Positions 1 through 8,727 of a stretch of DNA of 40,351 nucleotides are shown piece after piece. Under the pieces are notes generated by a model. That model had not been told where the DNA came from. It did no database searches and saw only the letters and a list, made by a program, of their open reading frames with translations. A program made the position numbers and the translations under genes. Where the stretch lies: positions 1 to 40,351 of IMG/VR virus record IMGVR_UViG_3300036987_000531. One strand, written 5' to 3'. The stretch comes from a virus. Taxonomy: Duplodnaviria; Caudoviricetes. The stretch's first letter is position 1. Each line of letters starts with the position of its first letter.

Positions 1-492
1 ATGAAAGCATACGACCCCCTGACAGATATTGACTCTGTGATTGCAATCCTGTCCAAGATTTCAGTCTGGGGAGGCTTCACAGACGAACAACAGGAGAAGA
101 TCTACAAGCAGCTAGAAATCGGTACATTCAAAAAGGGTGAATTCATCTTCCGCAAAGGCGATCAGCCAACACACATTTACATAATTAAGAGCGGTAGGGT
201 CCATATATATCTCTCTGACCAGGATGTCAACATCCAAAGGGAAACTGTCTCGGCTGGTGGATGTTTCGGTATGGCTGCCTTAATGGCAATGTATCCGCTC
301 ATGGCAACGGCAGTAGCAGTCGAGGAAAGCGAGATTATGGTCTTATCGAGGCAGGCCCTGCTCGGGCTTCGTCATGAAGATACTCAACTTTTTGCCCTCC
401 TGGTGATGAATATAGCCAGAGAACTTGCCCGGAGACTCAAATCATCGGATGACATGCTTATCCGCTATGCACAGAAACATATGGATGATTAA
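1..492 (+). CDS. Stand-alone cyclic-nucleotide-binding (Crp/cNMP) domain protein, no HTH
   Basis: 163-aa ORF with the cNMP fold pattern FKKGEFIFRKGD..THIYIIKSGRV...GGCFG..AL...ATAVA.EESEI.VLSR. It ends after the C-helix (LARRLK), with no DNA-binding domain. Confidence 0.85.
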   Translation: MKAYDPLTDIDSVIAILSKISVWGGFTDEQQEKIYKQLEIGTFKKGEFIFRKGDQPTHIYIIKSGRVHIYLSDQDVNIQRETVSAGGCFGMAALMAMYPLMATAVAVEESEIMVLSRQALLGLRHEDTQLFALLVMNIARELARRLKSSDDMLIRYAQKHMDD

Positions 493-572
493 GGGAGAGG
501 GCGTGGCTGTGAATATCGGAAAAAGCTGGATGAGCTACCGGTTGATGAAAACATCATTTTAAAAGAAAGGCA

Positions 573-1637
573 TTATGCGATCAAAGATCTCTCCATTTCT
601 GAAACGATCTGGCTAAGCGGAAGTATTGATACAGTGGGGTTGTAACGTAGACTCCCAACTATGCCATGAATGCCACCACAGGTTCGGAAGAGGAACTCAT
701 CGAGTGCACGCTCTGCATGGTCTCCCAGTGCACCGTTGCCAATCGCTCCCGTCGGGGCACCCATCATCGGCAGAGGGCACAAAACCCGGTGTTTCTTCCA
801 AAGTTGTTCGGCGATATCACACACGTCTGCCTGGACAAAATGTACCCTGTGGGGTATGTCAGGGCGTGATGACCAGAAGTCAGGACGTAGAAAAATCCAC
901 TCAGATATTGTATCGCTGACGATCCCGTGTATTTGTTTATCACACCCAATCTCAGATACCGCATCCGATATGATCTGTGCCACCGTTCCTTTTTGTTCGG
1001 TGCTCAATCTGCGGACGAATGCTCCGGGTGGATTAATAATAAACGGGAGGTGTTTTCTCTGCTGCTGTGCCTCGTAACACACGGTCAAGAGGTTCAACCG
1101 GATCATTGACGTAACGTTTTGGCGCATGGCGCCACCGAGGGAACTACTGAAACTATTGAAGTTCAAATAGGTGTAGTTGAATATCTTGATCTTCATCATG
1201 GTGGCAGAATGAGCGCCATCCTTTTTGTAGATGTAGGAAGGGAGCATCATCGTAACTAAATTGAATTTCATGTGGTCGTCGAGAAGACGATGCGGCAAAC
1301 CAGCCTTCGCTTTCAGTATGGCCTCCACCTGATCATGATGAATGGAAGAGTCGTCGTATACGACATACGCCTCATTTTTTAAGCTATCAATGTGGGGGAG
1401 TGGAATTTCTGTCCCTTCGTAAACAACGGATTGTATTCTTCCCTGGCCCAACTGATCCAGCGGACTTTCATGGGCGAATTGGTAAATAGAACCATGCTTG
1501 TGAGGGCCATTCGCCATGAAACGGGTAAACTTCCTCAATTCTGCGTTCCTCTCCTTGCTTCGGCGGAACATTCCTTTGATTGGAGTACCGTCAAGTATCA
1601 GTGTGTCTTCAGTTGACGAGAAATATGGCTCTCTCAT
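573..1637 (-). CDS. Hypothetical protein, possible permuted macrodomain / ADP-ribosyl hydrolase (MavL/Larg1-like motif order)
   Basis: 354-aa ORF. Motif IINPPGAF is followed later by GAIGNGALGDHAERALDEFLFR...YNPTV. The function is inference only. Confidence 0.55.
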   Translation of the reverse strand: MREPYFSSTEDTLILDGTPIKGMFRRSKERNAELRKFTRFMANGPHKHGSIYQFAHESPLDQLGQGRIQSVVYEGTEIPLPHIDSLKNEAYVVYDDSSIHHDQVEAILKAKAGLPHRLLDDHMKFNLVTMMLPSYIYKKDGAHSATMMKIKIFNYTYLNFNSFSSSLGGAMRQNVTSMIRLNLLTVCYEAQQQRKHLPFIINPPGAFVRRLSTEQKGTVAQIISDAVSEIGCDKQIHGIVSDTISEWIFLRPDFWSSRPDIPHRVHFVQADVCDIAEQLWKKHRVLCPLPMMGAPTGAIGNGALGDHAERALDEFLFRTCGGIHGIVGSLRYNPTVSILPLSQIVSEMERSLIA

Positions 1638-1713
1638 ACGAATATCTCTATGATCTTTGTAGCACGCCCCATTGAAAAGTTCCAGTTAAAGCAGGGGTTA
1701 CTGGGGCAGTATT

Positions 1714-2190
1714 CTAATTGCATTGATCCATTTCTCGAAGTATCGCTTCTACCTCGTCGCGTAAAGCACCATGCTTCGCGAGTTCTGTTTTGCAATCACG
1801 ACACAATGTGGTGAATTCTCCCATAGCTTCATCTTTATAACACTGAGTTTTATTGTCGCATTCAAAAAGAACCAAGCATCTACAGCAGTTAGCCAGATAA
1901 ACACTGTCATGTTTGGCTTCATTGAGGAGTTTTTTTCTTCTGTTTTTATTGGACGTTTTTTTGATTTCGAACACGTTTGTGCAAGAAAGGTCTTTGCCCG
2001 ACTGCCTTACGACAGAAAGACTTGCATCGAAAATGCTTGCCTTCCGAGTATTAGCGCCAGGCAGATGTGTTCTGGAAAGCTTTGAACCGGATAGTTTTGC
2101 TTTTGAAAAAGGCGCAGTTGACAAGATTGTATCCTGAGTTGCAACGCGAATTGGTTTTTTTTCATCCTTGTGTCTGTTTAATCGTTTCAT
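1714..2190 (-). CDS. Degenerate pentapeptide-repeat protein with C-terminal CxxC...CxxC Zn finger
   Basis: GGAGG RBS upstream on the minus strand. Repeats TILST APFSK AKLSG SKLSR THLPG ANTRK ASIFD ASLSV; CCRC...CRDC. Confidence 0.6.
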   Translation of the reverse strand: MKRLNRHKDEKKPIRVATQDTILSTAPFSKAKLSGSKLSRTHLPGANTRKASIFDASLSVVRQSGKDLSCTNVFEIKKTSNKNRRKKLLNEAKHDSVYLANCCRCLVLFECDNKTQCYKDEAMGEFTTLCRDCKTELAKHGALRDEVEAILREMDQCN

Positions 2191-2329
2191 ATTATTTTCC
2201 TCCCTATATATGTTCTCGCCTTTCAGTAAAATAAGTTAATGAGATGGCGTACTTATAGACTATCGAGAAGATACTTTAATGGCACCATCAAATACAGTCT
2301 CAAACAAAAAAATATTTCTCATGCTTTTC

Positions 2330-2395
2330 TGCCGCCTCTGAATGCCGCCCTTGAGATGCCGCTTTTATTACCGCATCTATGACCGTTTGACCGTC
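2330..2395. promoter_or_regulatory. Short direct repeats upstream of the late operon
   Basis: TGCCGC at 2330, 2343 and 2357, TACCGC at 2369, TGACCGT at 2380 and 2388. Confidence 0.3.
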
Positions 2396-2422
2396 TGAAT
2401 CCCTTCTTTTATTGTCTGAATC

Positions 2423-2848
2423 ATGCCTGCAACGCTTGAAGAGGTACACGGACCATCGGCCCTTGAGTATTTTGAACAGAACGGGCTCACAATGCCCGCA
2501 TTGACGAAGCTGCTCAAGCGGGAGCTGAAGGCCAAGGTAACGAAATCAATCAAGATCAAGGGCGCGGTCAGCCCGGACCAGCTCGGAAGAGGGCGGCGTA
2601 TTGTCGCCGCATCGGGAACAATCATACAGACAAAGGACGGCAACGTTTTCGGTGACGGTGAAACTGTCATCGAGTGGGACGAGGTCGCCTGGGACGTGAG
2701 GCAGCGAGCCCGCATGGATGTACACAAGCTGCGGGGCGACTACCCGGCTGAGAAGCGGGAGATAACCGGAGCACACAGTGGCCCCCTCCAGATGCTCTAT
2801 GAGGAGATCGTCGGCAAGGCAACTGGACTGGTGAATGACCATGACTGA
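2423..2848 (+). CDS. Probable terminase small subunit
   Basis: 141 aa, overlaps the TerL start. C-terminal EKREITGAHSGPL resembles the TerS ExTGxxGGP tail. Confidence 0.65.
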   Translation: MPATLEEVHGPSALEYFEQNGLTMPALTKLLKRELKAKVTKSIKIKGAVSPDQLGRGRRIVAASGTIIQTKDGNVFGDGETVIEWDEVAWDVRQRARMDVHKLRGDYPAEKREITGAHSGPLQMLYEEIVGKATGLVNDHD

Positions 2849-4346
2849 CGAAGCGGAAGCATTGGAGCAGTTCTATCATGATGAATCGCTCGAACGCCTG
2901 GGCGACAGGGAATGGAGGCTCAACAACCTTTACTATATCATTGATGCCACCGGCAACCGCGTCCTGTTCCAGCCCAACGACATCCAGCGCCACCTCAACC
3001 ACAACCTCTGGTATCTCAACCTGATCCTGAAATCACGGCAGCACGGCATCACGACGGACATCTGTATCCTCTACCTCGATTACTGTCTCTTTACCCCGAA
3101 CATCCGCGCCGGTATCATAGCCCACACAAGGGACGACGCGGAGATCTTCTTCAACGACAAGATAAAGTACGCCTACGACAATCTCCCTGACCGGGTAAAA
3201 AAAGACATGGTCCTTGCTGATTCGCGCAGCGCCCGGGAGCTTTCCTTCGGCAACAACAGCGCGATCCGTGTCGGAACATCGCTGCGTGGTTCGACATTGC
3301 AGCTCCTGCACATATCCGAGTTCGGGAAGATCTGTGCCAAGTACCCGGACAAGGCAAAAGAGATTGTCACCGGATCCCTCAACACGGTCCATTCGGGCCA
3401 GATCATCACTATCGAGTCAACGGCGGAGGGGAAATCGGGCTACTTTTACGACTACTGTACAGAGGCCCACAAGACCAGCATACGCGGCGGCAAGCTCGCT
3501 TCCCTCGAATGGCGGCTCTTCTTCTTCCCCTGGTACAAGGATGCAAAAAACACTGTAGATTGTGCGGGTGTCACGATCCCCGAAGCCATGGCAGCGTACT
3601 TTCGCACCGTCGAAGCCGGGGAGCGCATCGAGCTTACCTCGGAACAGAAGGCCTGGTATTACCTGAAATGGAAAATACAAGGCTCCGACATGAAGCGCGA
3701 GTACCCGTCGACCTTCGACGAGGCCTTCGAGGCCAGCCTCCAGGGCGCATACTTTGCCCACCAGTTCGAACGCATCTACCGCGAGGGCAGGATTACGAAT
3801 CTGTCCTACGAGGAAGGATATCCGGTTCACACCTTCTGGGACTTAGGGATGAATGACACAACCGACATCTGGTTTGCGCAGAAGGTTCTCAACCAGTGGC
3901 GGATCATAGATTTCTACGAGAACGAGGGTGAAGGGCTCTCACACTACGCCCAGGTGCTGCGCTCCAAAGGATACGAATATGGCAATCATTATGCCCCTCA
4001 TGACATCGAGGTCCGCGAGTTAGGTACCGGGAAGACCCGGAAGGAACAGGCAGAAGCCTATGGCATATCGTTCTATGTCGCCCCGAAATTGGCCAAGGCC
4101 GATCAGATCGAGGCGGCGCGGAACATCCTTCAGCACTGCTGGTTCGACGAGGCCAGGTGTAACGACGGGATCAACGGACTCGAAGCGTATAGAAAAGTGT
4201 GGGATGACAGGAACGGCTGCTACAAGAACGATCCGCTCCACGACTGGGCGAGCAACCCTGCTGACGCCTTCGAGGTCTTCGCAGTGGTGTCATCCGACAT
4301 CGGGAGAAAAAGCAATTCGGGTTTTGTGCCCAGGAGGAGCCGATGA
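2835..4346 (+). CDS. terL: Terminase large subunit
   Basis: Walker A ILKSRQHGIT, Walker B LLHISE, ESTA coupling motif, RNase H-like nuclease WDLG..D and ADAF. Confidence 0.95.
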   Translation: MTMTDEAEALEQFYHDESLERLGDREWRLNNLYYIIDATGNRVLFQPNDIQRHLNHNLWYLNLILKSRQHGITTDICILYLDYCLFTPNIRAGIIAHTRDDAEIFFNDKIKYAYDNLPDRVKKDMVLADSRSARELSFGNNSAIRVGTSLRGSTLQLLHISEFGKICAKYPDKAKEIVTGSLNTVHSGQIITIESTAEGKSGYFYDYCTEAHKTSIRGGKLASLEWRLFFFPWYKDAKNTVDCAGVTIPEAMAAYFRTVEAGERIELTSEQKAWYYLKWKIQGSDMKREYPSTFDEAFEASLQGAYFAHQFERIYREGRITNLSYEEGYPVHTFWDLGMNDTTDIWFAQKVLNQWRIIDFYENEGEGLSHYAQVLRSKGYEYGNHYAPHDIEVRELGTGKTRKEQAEAYGISFYVAPKLAKADQIEAARNILQHCWFDEARCNDGINGLEAYRKVWDDRNGCYKNDPLHDWASNPADAFEVFAVVSSDIGRKSNSGFVPRRSR

Positions 4347-6442
4347 CCGGCGACTACACCCTGAAAGAGATCCAGGACTTCGTCTACGAGTCCATGCTCG
4401 TGTCCGAGGCGTGGCGTGCAGAAGCTTGGCGGGACTGTGAAATCTACGACGGCAAGCAGTGGACCGAAGAAGATTACCGCAAAGCGAAGGACGCAGGCAT
4501 CGACCCCCTGACCATCAACAGGACGTTTCCTGTTGTCAACCTTCTCCTTGGTTCTGAGCAGATCAACAAGAACGATATCACTATCGAGGGACGCACCCAG
4601 GACGACGCTGAGATTAGCACCACCATGACCGAGGCGGTCCGCTACATCATGGAGCAGTATAACGGCCCGGCGCTGGTATCGCAGGCGTTCAAGGACAGCG
4701 TCATCCCGGGAGCTGGTTTTCTGTCGGTGAGCCATAACCCCGACCCCCGAAGGGAACGTGTGTGGGTACAGTTTCACGACTGGAAGGACATGGGATGGGA
4801 CCCCTTTGGAGACCCGTGGCTGTCGGCAAATGGATGCCGCTACGTCTACTACCAGCCCTGGAAGGACCTGGACTGGCTGATCACGCAGTTTCCCGAGAAG
4901 AAACAGGAATTGCGGGACGCCTTCGAGGAATATCACGAGATGTCCAGGCGCGGCAGCATGTCCCATGGGACGGTCATCGACGAGTCAACGTTAATCGAAG
5001 AGATGAAGGAACGGGTTGCCATCAATGCCTATGGCAGGAAGCGGGTAAGGCCCGTGGAACTCTGGTACTGCGTATACGAGGAAGGGCTGTGGGCGAGATT
5101 CGCCAACGGGGATTCCCTTGAGCTCACGAGAGACGCCGACCCCCTTTTCCTGCGGCAGGCTGTCCTGTCGGCACAGGAGGTTGTCAAGGCGCAGGTGCCC
5201 AAGATCAAGACCATCACATTCCTCGGCGACATCGTGCTCAACTGGGGGTACAGCCCGTACAAGCACGACGAATACCCCTTTATTCCGTTCTATGGCTACC
5301 TCGACCGGTTCAACTACCCTTACGGCGTCCCGCGCAATCTCCGGGGCCAGAACGAGGAGATCAACAAGCGACGTTCCATGGCACTGGCACTGCTCAAAAG
5401 TAGGCGGGTGACCGTGGAGGAGAAAGTCGTCGACGACGCAACCAAACTCCAGGACATCTACGAAGAGGCCAACAAGCTCGATGGGTTCATCGTGGTCAAG
5501 GAAGGCAAGATAAACGCCGTCAAGGTCGAGGAGATGGCCGAGCTGTACCGCCCCCAGGTCGATTTGTTGTTGCAATCCGAGCGGGAGATCCAGGAGGTGT
5601 CCGGGGCGAACGCTGATTCCCTCGGGTACAAATCCAGCCAGGTTTCCGGCGTGGCCATCGAGCGCAAGCAGCAGCAGGGAAACACCATCCTGGCGCCCAT
5701 CTTCGGGAACAAGCGCAGGTCAGAAAAGCGGTTGGGGGAGCTCATCATCCCCGAGGTCCAGAGCCAGTGGAGGGGGGAGAAGATCCTCCGCGTCACCGAC
5801 CGGCTCACCGGGGCCAAAAAGTGGGTGCACCTGAACAAGTGCGAACAGGGTCCCATGGGTGAGATCGTCCTTTGCAACAACATCACCCAGGGCAAGTTCG
5901 ACTGCGTGGTGTCCGAGGCGCCGGCCACGGATACCGTACGTGAACAGCACCTGAACATGCTCATCGAGTGGGTGAAGAAGTCACCGCCGGAGATCATCCC
6001 GTACCTCATGAACGCGGCCATGGAGATATCGAACCTCCCCAACAAGGACCAGCTCATGGCACGGATCAGGCCCATCATTGGTATCGAGGGCGACGACCAG
6101 AACAGGAGCCCGGAAGAGATCAAGGCCCAGGTCGCCCAGCAGCTGGAGGCGCAGAAGGCGGCACAGGCAAAGGCTGCCCAGGCGGAGGAGGCGGCGCTGC
6201 GGCTCAAACTGGAGAACCTCCAGCTCGTCAACCAAAAGCTTGCTGCCGAAATCGAGTCACTCAAGGCAGGCGACAGGGTGAAGCGGGACGACGCAGCCTT
6301 GCGAGGAATCAGAGCTGGATATGACATGCAGAAAGACATGATCGCCACAAAGACTGGGTACCAGCCGGAAGCGACAAAGAAGGCGGCCATCGGAAACGGA
6401 TACCGGAAGGCAATGGCAGCACCAGTAGGAGGCGCAGCATGA
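4343..6442 (+). CDS. Portal protein (P22-like)
   Basis: 699 aa following TerL with ATGA overlap. Motifs YDGKQW, LTINR..PVVN, SPYKHDEYPFIPF, YGVPR, SGVAIE.KQQQG; C-terminal coiled coil. Confidence 0.92.
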   Translation: MTGDYTLKEIQDFVYESMLVSEAWRAEAWRDCEIYDGKQWTEEDYRKAKDAGIDPLTINRTFPVVNLLLGSEQINKNDITIEGRTQDDAEISTTMTEAVRYIMEQYNGPALVSQAFKDSVIPGAGFLSVSHNPDPRRERVWVQFHDWKDMGWDPFGDPWLSANGCRYVYYQPWKDLDWLITQFPEKKQELRDAFEEYHEMSRRGSMSHGTVIDESTLIEEMKERVAINAYGRKRVRPVELWYCVYEEGLWARFANGDSLELTRDADPLFLRQAVLSAQEVVKAQVPKIKTITFLGDIVLNWGYSPYKHDEYPFIPFYGYLDRFNYPYGVPRNLRGQNEEINKRRSMALALLKSRRVTVEEKVVDDATKLQDIYEEANKLDGFIVVKEGKINAVKVEEMAELYRPQVDLLLQSEREIQEVSGANADSLGYKSSQVSGVAIERKQQQGNTILAPIFGNKRRSEKRLGELIIPEVQSQWRGEKILRVTDRLTGAKKWVHLNKCEQGPMGEIVLCNNITQGKFDCVVSEAPATDTVREQHLNMLIEWVKKSPPEIIPYLMNAAMEISNLPNKDQLMARIRPIIGIEGDDQNRSPEEIKAQVAQQLEAQKAAQAKAAQAEEAALRLKLENLQLVNQKLAAEIESLKAGDRVKRDDAALRGIRAGYDMQKDMIATKTGYQPEATKKAAIGNGYRKAMAAPVGGAA

Positions 6443-6624
6443 CACGACACGAGGAAGCAGTATTCGAGGCAAAGGCAGAGCGGCATTTTCGTAGCCACCG
6501 GGAACTGCCCCGAGGAAGGGATTTCCGATGGAATACGTTCCGGTTTAACAACGAGGCGGATTTAGCGCACTACCGGCACAACTTTGACCGCATCTTCCCC
6601 AACGCCCCGGGCGTGGGGATATGA
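6439..6624 (+). CDS. Small hypothetical phage protein
   Basis: 61 aa, ATGA overlap with the portal gene, AGGAGG RBS. Confidence 0.65.
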   Translation: MTRHEEAVFEAKAERHFRSHRELPRGRDFRWNTFRFNNEADLAHYRHNFDRIFPNAPGVGI

Positions 6625-6637
6625 AAGGAGAACCACT

Positions 6638-7030
6638 ATGGACACAAACAGGATGATGAACAGGATTTTTTGTACAGCGCTCTTCGCCATCATAATCGCC
6701 CTTCTCATGGCGGTGATGGCACACGCAGCGGATCTCAAATTTGCGTGGGACAGCTACACCTCCGAGGCCGACGGCTTCCACCTGTATATGGGGACAACCG
6801 CAGGGGTCCAGACCGTTGCGGCCAACCGCGTGGCAACCATCGCGCCGAAGACCGCGACCACCTATACTCTGGCAAATGTCTCACCGGGCACGAAGTTTTT
6901 CGTGCTGACAGCATACCTTGGTTCGCTGGAGTCGGGTCCCTCGAATGAGCTGTCTACCACAGTTCCCCTTCCGGCACCGACCGGGTTGACTGCTGCAGAG
7001 GTTGCGGCGATCGCCCAGGGGGCCAAGTGA
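6638..7030 (+). CDS. Secreted fibronectin type III domain protein
   Basis: ATG at 6638 after AAGGAG. Signal peptide ending AHA|A; FN3 pattern LKFAWD..ADGFHLY.G...TYTLANV.PG..FFVLTAY...ESGPSNE. Confidence 0.75.
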   Translation: MDTNRMMNRIFCTALFAIIIALLMAVMAHAADLKFAWDSYTSEADGFHLYMGTTAGVQTVAANRVATIAPKTATTYTLANVSPGTKFFVLTAYLGSLESGPSNELSTTVPLPAPTGLTAAEVAAIAQGAK

Positions 7031-7263
7031 TGAGAAAGCTGGCACTGTTCCTTGTCGGATTTGCCGGGTTCATCCTCGTGGGTGATCGGATCGACACCAT
7101 CACCCGGACAGAGGACGGTCACCAGGTCACCTATGAGCAGTATTGCGCGACGAAGGTGACGAAAGCCGGCAGCAAGTGGCGCGTCACGCTGTCAAACGGT
7201 GAAACGGTGGAGTTCACCGACCATGCGAGGCTCCGCCTTGACCAAAGCAGACCGTGCGAATAG
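7027..7263 (+). CDS. Small protein with N-terminal hydrophobic segment
   Basis: 78-aa ORF coupled to the FN3 gene; MRKLALFLVGFAGFILVG. Confidence 0.55.
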   Translation: MMRKLALFLVGFAGFILVGDRIDTITRTEDGHQVTYEQYCATKVTKAGSKWRVTLSNGETVEFTDHARLRLDQSRPCE

Positions 7264-7271
7264 GAGCGGAT

Positions 7272-7496
7272 ATGGGGGAGAACGCATGGCTGGCATTGCT
7301 GACAGGATTTTCCGCGACAGGGGTGGCGCTGCTTGGCATCATGCTCACATCGCTGCGGGCATGGAAAAAAGAGCTGCGGGATCACGTGAAGGAAATGTGC
7401 AGGCAAAATGAAGAGGCCCACCGGGAACTATGGGACAGGGTCAACTACCACCGGCACAACGGAGGCGGGAACGTGGTAATCCCGCAGAAAGGATAG
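7272..7496 (+). CDS. Single-TM membrane protein (possible holin/lysis accessory)
   Basis: ATG after AGGAG. Hydrophobic AWLALLTGFSATGVALLGIML followed by a charged helix. Confidence 0.6.
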   Translation: MGENAWLALLTGFSATGVALLGIMLTSLRAWKKELRDHVKEMCRQNEEAHRELWDRVNYHRHNGGGNVVIPQKG

Positions 7497-7508
7497 CGAC
7501 ATGGGGTA

Positions 7509-7826
7509 TTGCGAATTACTCTCAAAATCTGTTCCGTGTGTGGGCGCGTCCAGAAGTACCGCAGGGGTGACCGGTTACCTCACTGGGCTCATCTTACAGA
7601 TGATGAGTGGGGTGAGATTACAAGGAACGGGTATTGCGAACACCACACCCTGTGTCCGGAGTGCAGGAGGATAGCACATGAAGGAAAACCTTGTATACGG
7701 CTTCAGCACCACCATGCTCGCCGAGGGCGTCGTGTTTGTGAACGACCCGAACGACCGGGGCGGCCCTACCAAGATGGGACTCACTCTGGGGCTGATGAAG
7801 AACTTGCAGCTGGACCTCAACCATGA
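7509..7826 (+). CDS. Putative Zn-ribbon protein (CSVC...HTLCPEC)
   Basis: TTG start, two CxxC pairs. Its 3' part overlaps the endolysin gene in another frame. Confidence 0.4.
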   Translation: MRITLKICSVCGRVQKYRRGDRLPHWAHLTDDEWGEITRNGYCEHHTLCPECRRIAHEGKPCIRLQHHHARRGRRVCERPERPGRPYQDGTHSGADEELAAGPQP

Positions 7827-8265
7827 CGGAAGCGTGACCGTTGACGACGTGCACCTCGTGACAGACAACGTTGTCCTCGACGTGTACCGGAAGGAATTCT
7901 GGAACCGGGTAAGAGCGGATACATTGCCACCCGGTCAGGATGTTCAGACGACGGACTTCGCATTCAATTCTGGTCCCTTCAGGGCTAAGGAATTATTAAG
8001 GAAATCACCGAACATTAACGGGTTTGCCCTCCACCAGATTGCCTACTACCTGTCCCTTGCGGACCGGCTGCCGGGATACGTGGGATTCTTCCGAGGACTG
8101 ACCAGGCGGGCTCTGTCCGTGTTGGCATCATCGGCTGCACTCTGCGAGTGGTACGAGACCAGCCAGGCCGTAACAAGGATCCGTTTGATGCTGGCAGAGG
8201 CTGATAAAGATACGACATTTCGTGGGATCTTCCGCGAGAAGGTGCGGGGCGTGCTGAATGGATGA
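7678..8265 (+). CDS. Endolysin, glycosyl hydrolase family 108
   Basis: AGGAGG RBS. AEG..FVNDPNDRGGPTKMGLT; YRKEFWNRVRADTLP...DFAFNSG; PG-binding-like FFRGL.RR. Confidence 0.88.
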   Translation: MKENLVYGFSTTMLAEGVVFVNDPNDRGGPTKMGLTLGLMKNLQLDLNHDGSVTVDDVHLVTDNVVLDVYRKEFWNRVRADTLPPGQDVQTTDFAFNSGPFRAKELLRKSPNINGFALHQIAYYLSLADRLPGYVGFFRGLTRRALSVLASSAALCEWYETSQAVTRIRLMLAEADKDTTFRGIFREKVRGVLNG

Positions 8266-8422
8266 GTACGGAAATATGACCGTTAAAGTAATAGAAGAAA
8301 GAGCGAAACGTGAGGACCTCAAGAACGGTGGCATTGTTGTCAAGATCAGCAAGACCATCCTCTGGAACTGGGACGACACCATCGCGAACTTTTTCAGGAA
8401 ACTGTTTCGAAAAGGAGAATAA
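8258..8422 (+). CDS. Small hypothetical protein (54 aa, not in the ORF track)
   Basis: MDEYGNMTVKVIEERAKREDLKNGGIVVKISKTILWNWDDTIANFFRKLFRKGE fills the gap between the endolysin and the next gene exactly. Confidence 0.55.
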   Translation: MDEYGNMTVKVIEERAKREDLKNGGIVVKISKTILWNWDDTIANFFRKLFRKGE

Positions 8423-8424
8423 AA

Positions 8425-8724
8425 ATGACATTTTCAGAGAAACTGAAGCTCGTGTTTTCAAAGATGTGGGATTTTCTTGCGCCTTTCGTCAGGGTGTTTC
8501 TGTCGAGCGCGGGGAATATCCTGGCAGCCTCGGCCATTGCGGCAGTGAAGACCATTGCCCAAACTATGGGAGACGCTGACGGCAACGCCAAGAGGAAAGC
8601 GGCATTCGATGCCATCGTCACCGACCTGAAAGGGCAGGGCATAACCCTCGGCGTCCAGGTCACGACATCCATGATCTACGCCGCCATCGAGGCAGCTGTC
8701 CAGAAGCTCAAGGCAGAGGAGTAG
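8425..8724 (+). CDS. Holin-like protein (LL-H family-like)
   Basis: AVKTIAQT...GNAKRKAAF...LKGQGI...IYAAIEAAV.KLK pattern; AAGGAG RBS; located next to the endolysin. Confidence 0.6.
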   Translation: MTFSEKLKLVFSKMWDFLAPFVRVFLSSAGNILAASAIAAVKTIAQTMGDADGNAKRKAAFDAIVTDLKGQGITLGVQVTTSMIYAAIEAAVQKLKAEE

Positions 8725-8727
8725 GCA

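Noticed and set aside
2190-2423. Prophage attachment site at the composition shift
   Set aside because: No integrase, tRNA or partner repeat in the window, so the boundary cannot be placed.
4220-6498. Long minus-strand ORFs (e.g. 4220-4966, 5458-6498)
   Set aside because: Antisense shadows of the GC-rich portal gene with no recognisable motifs.
8310-8579. 89-aa ORF from the track
   Set aside because: It overlaps the better-supported 8258-8422 and 8425-8724 genes, and its composition is implausible.
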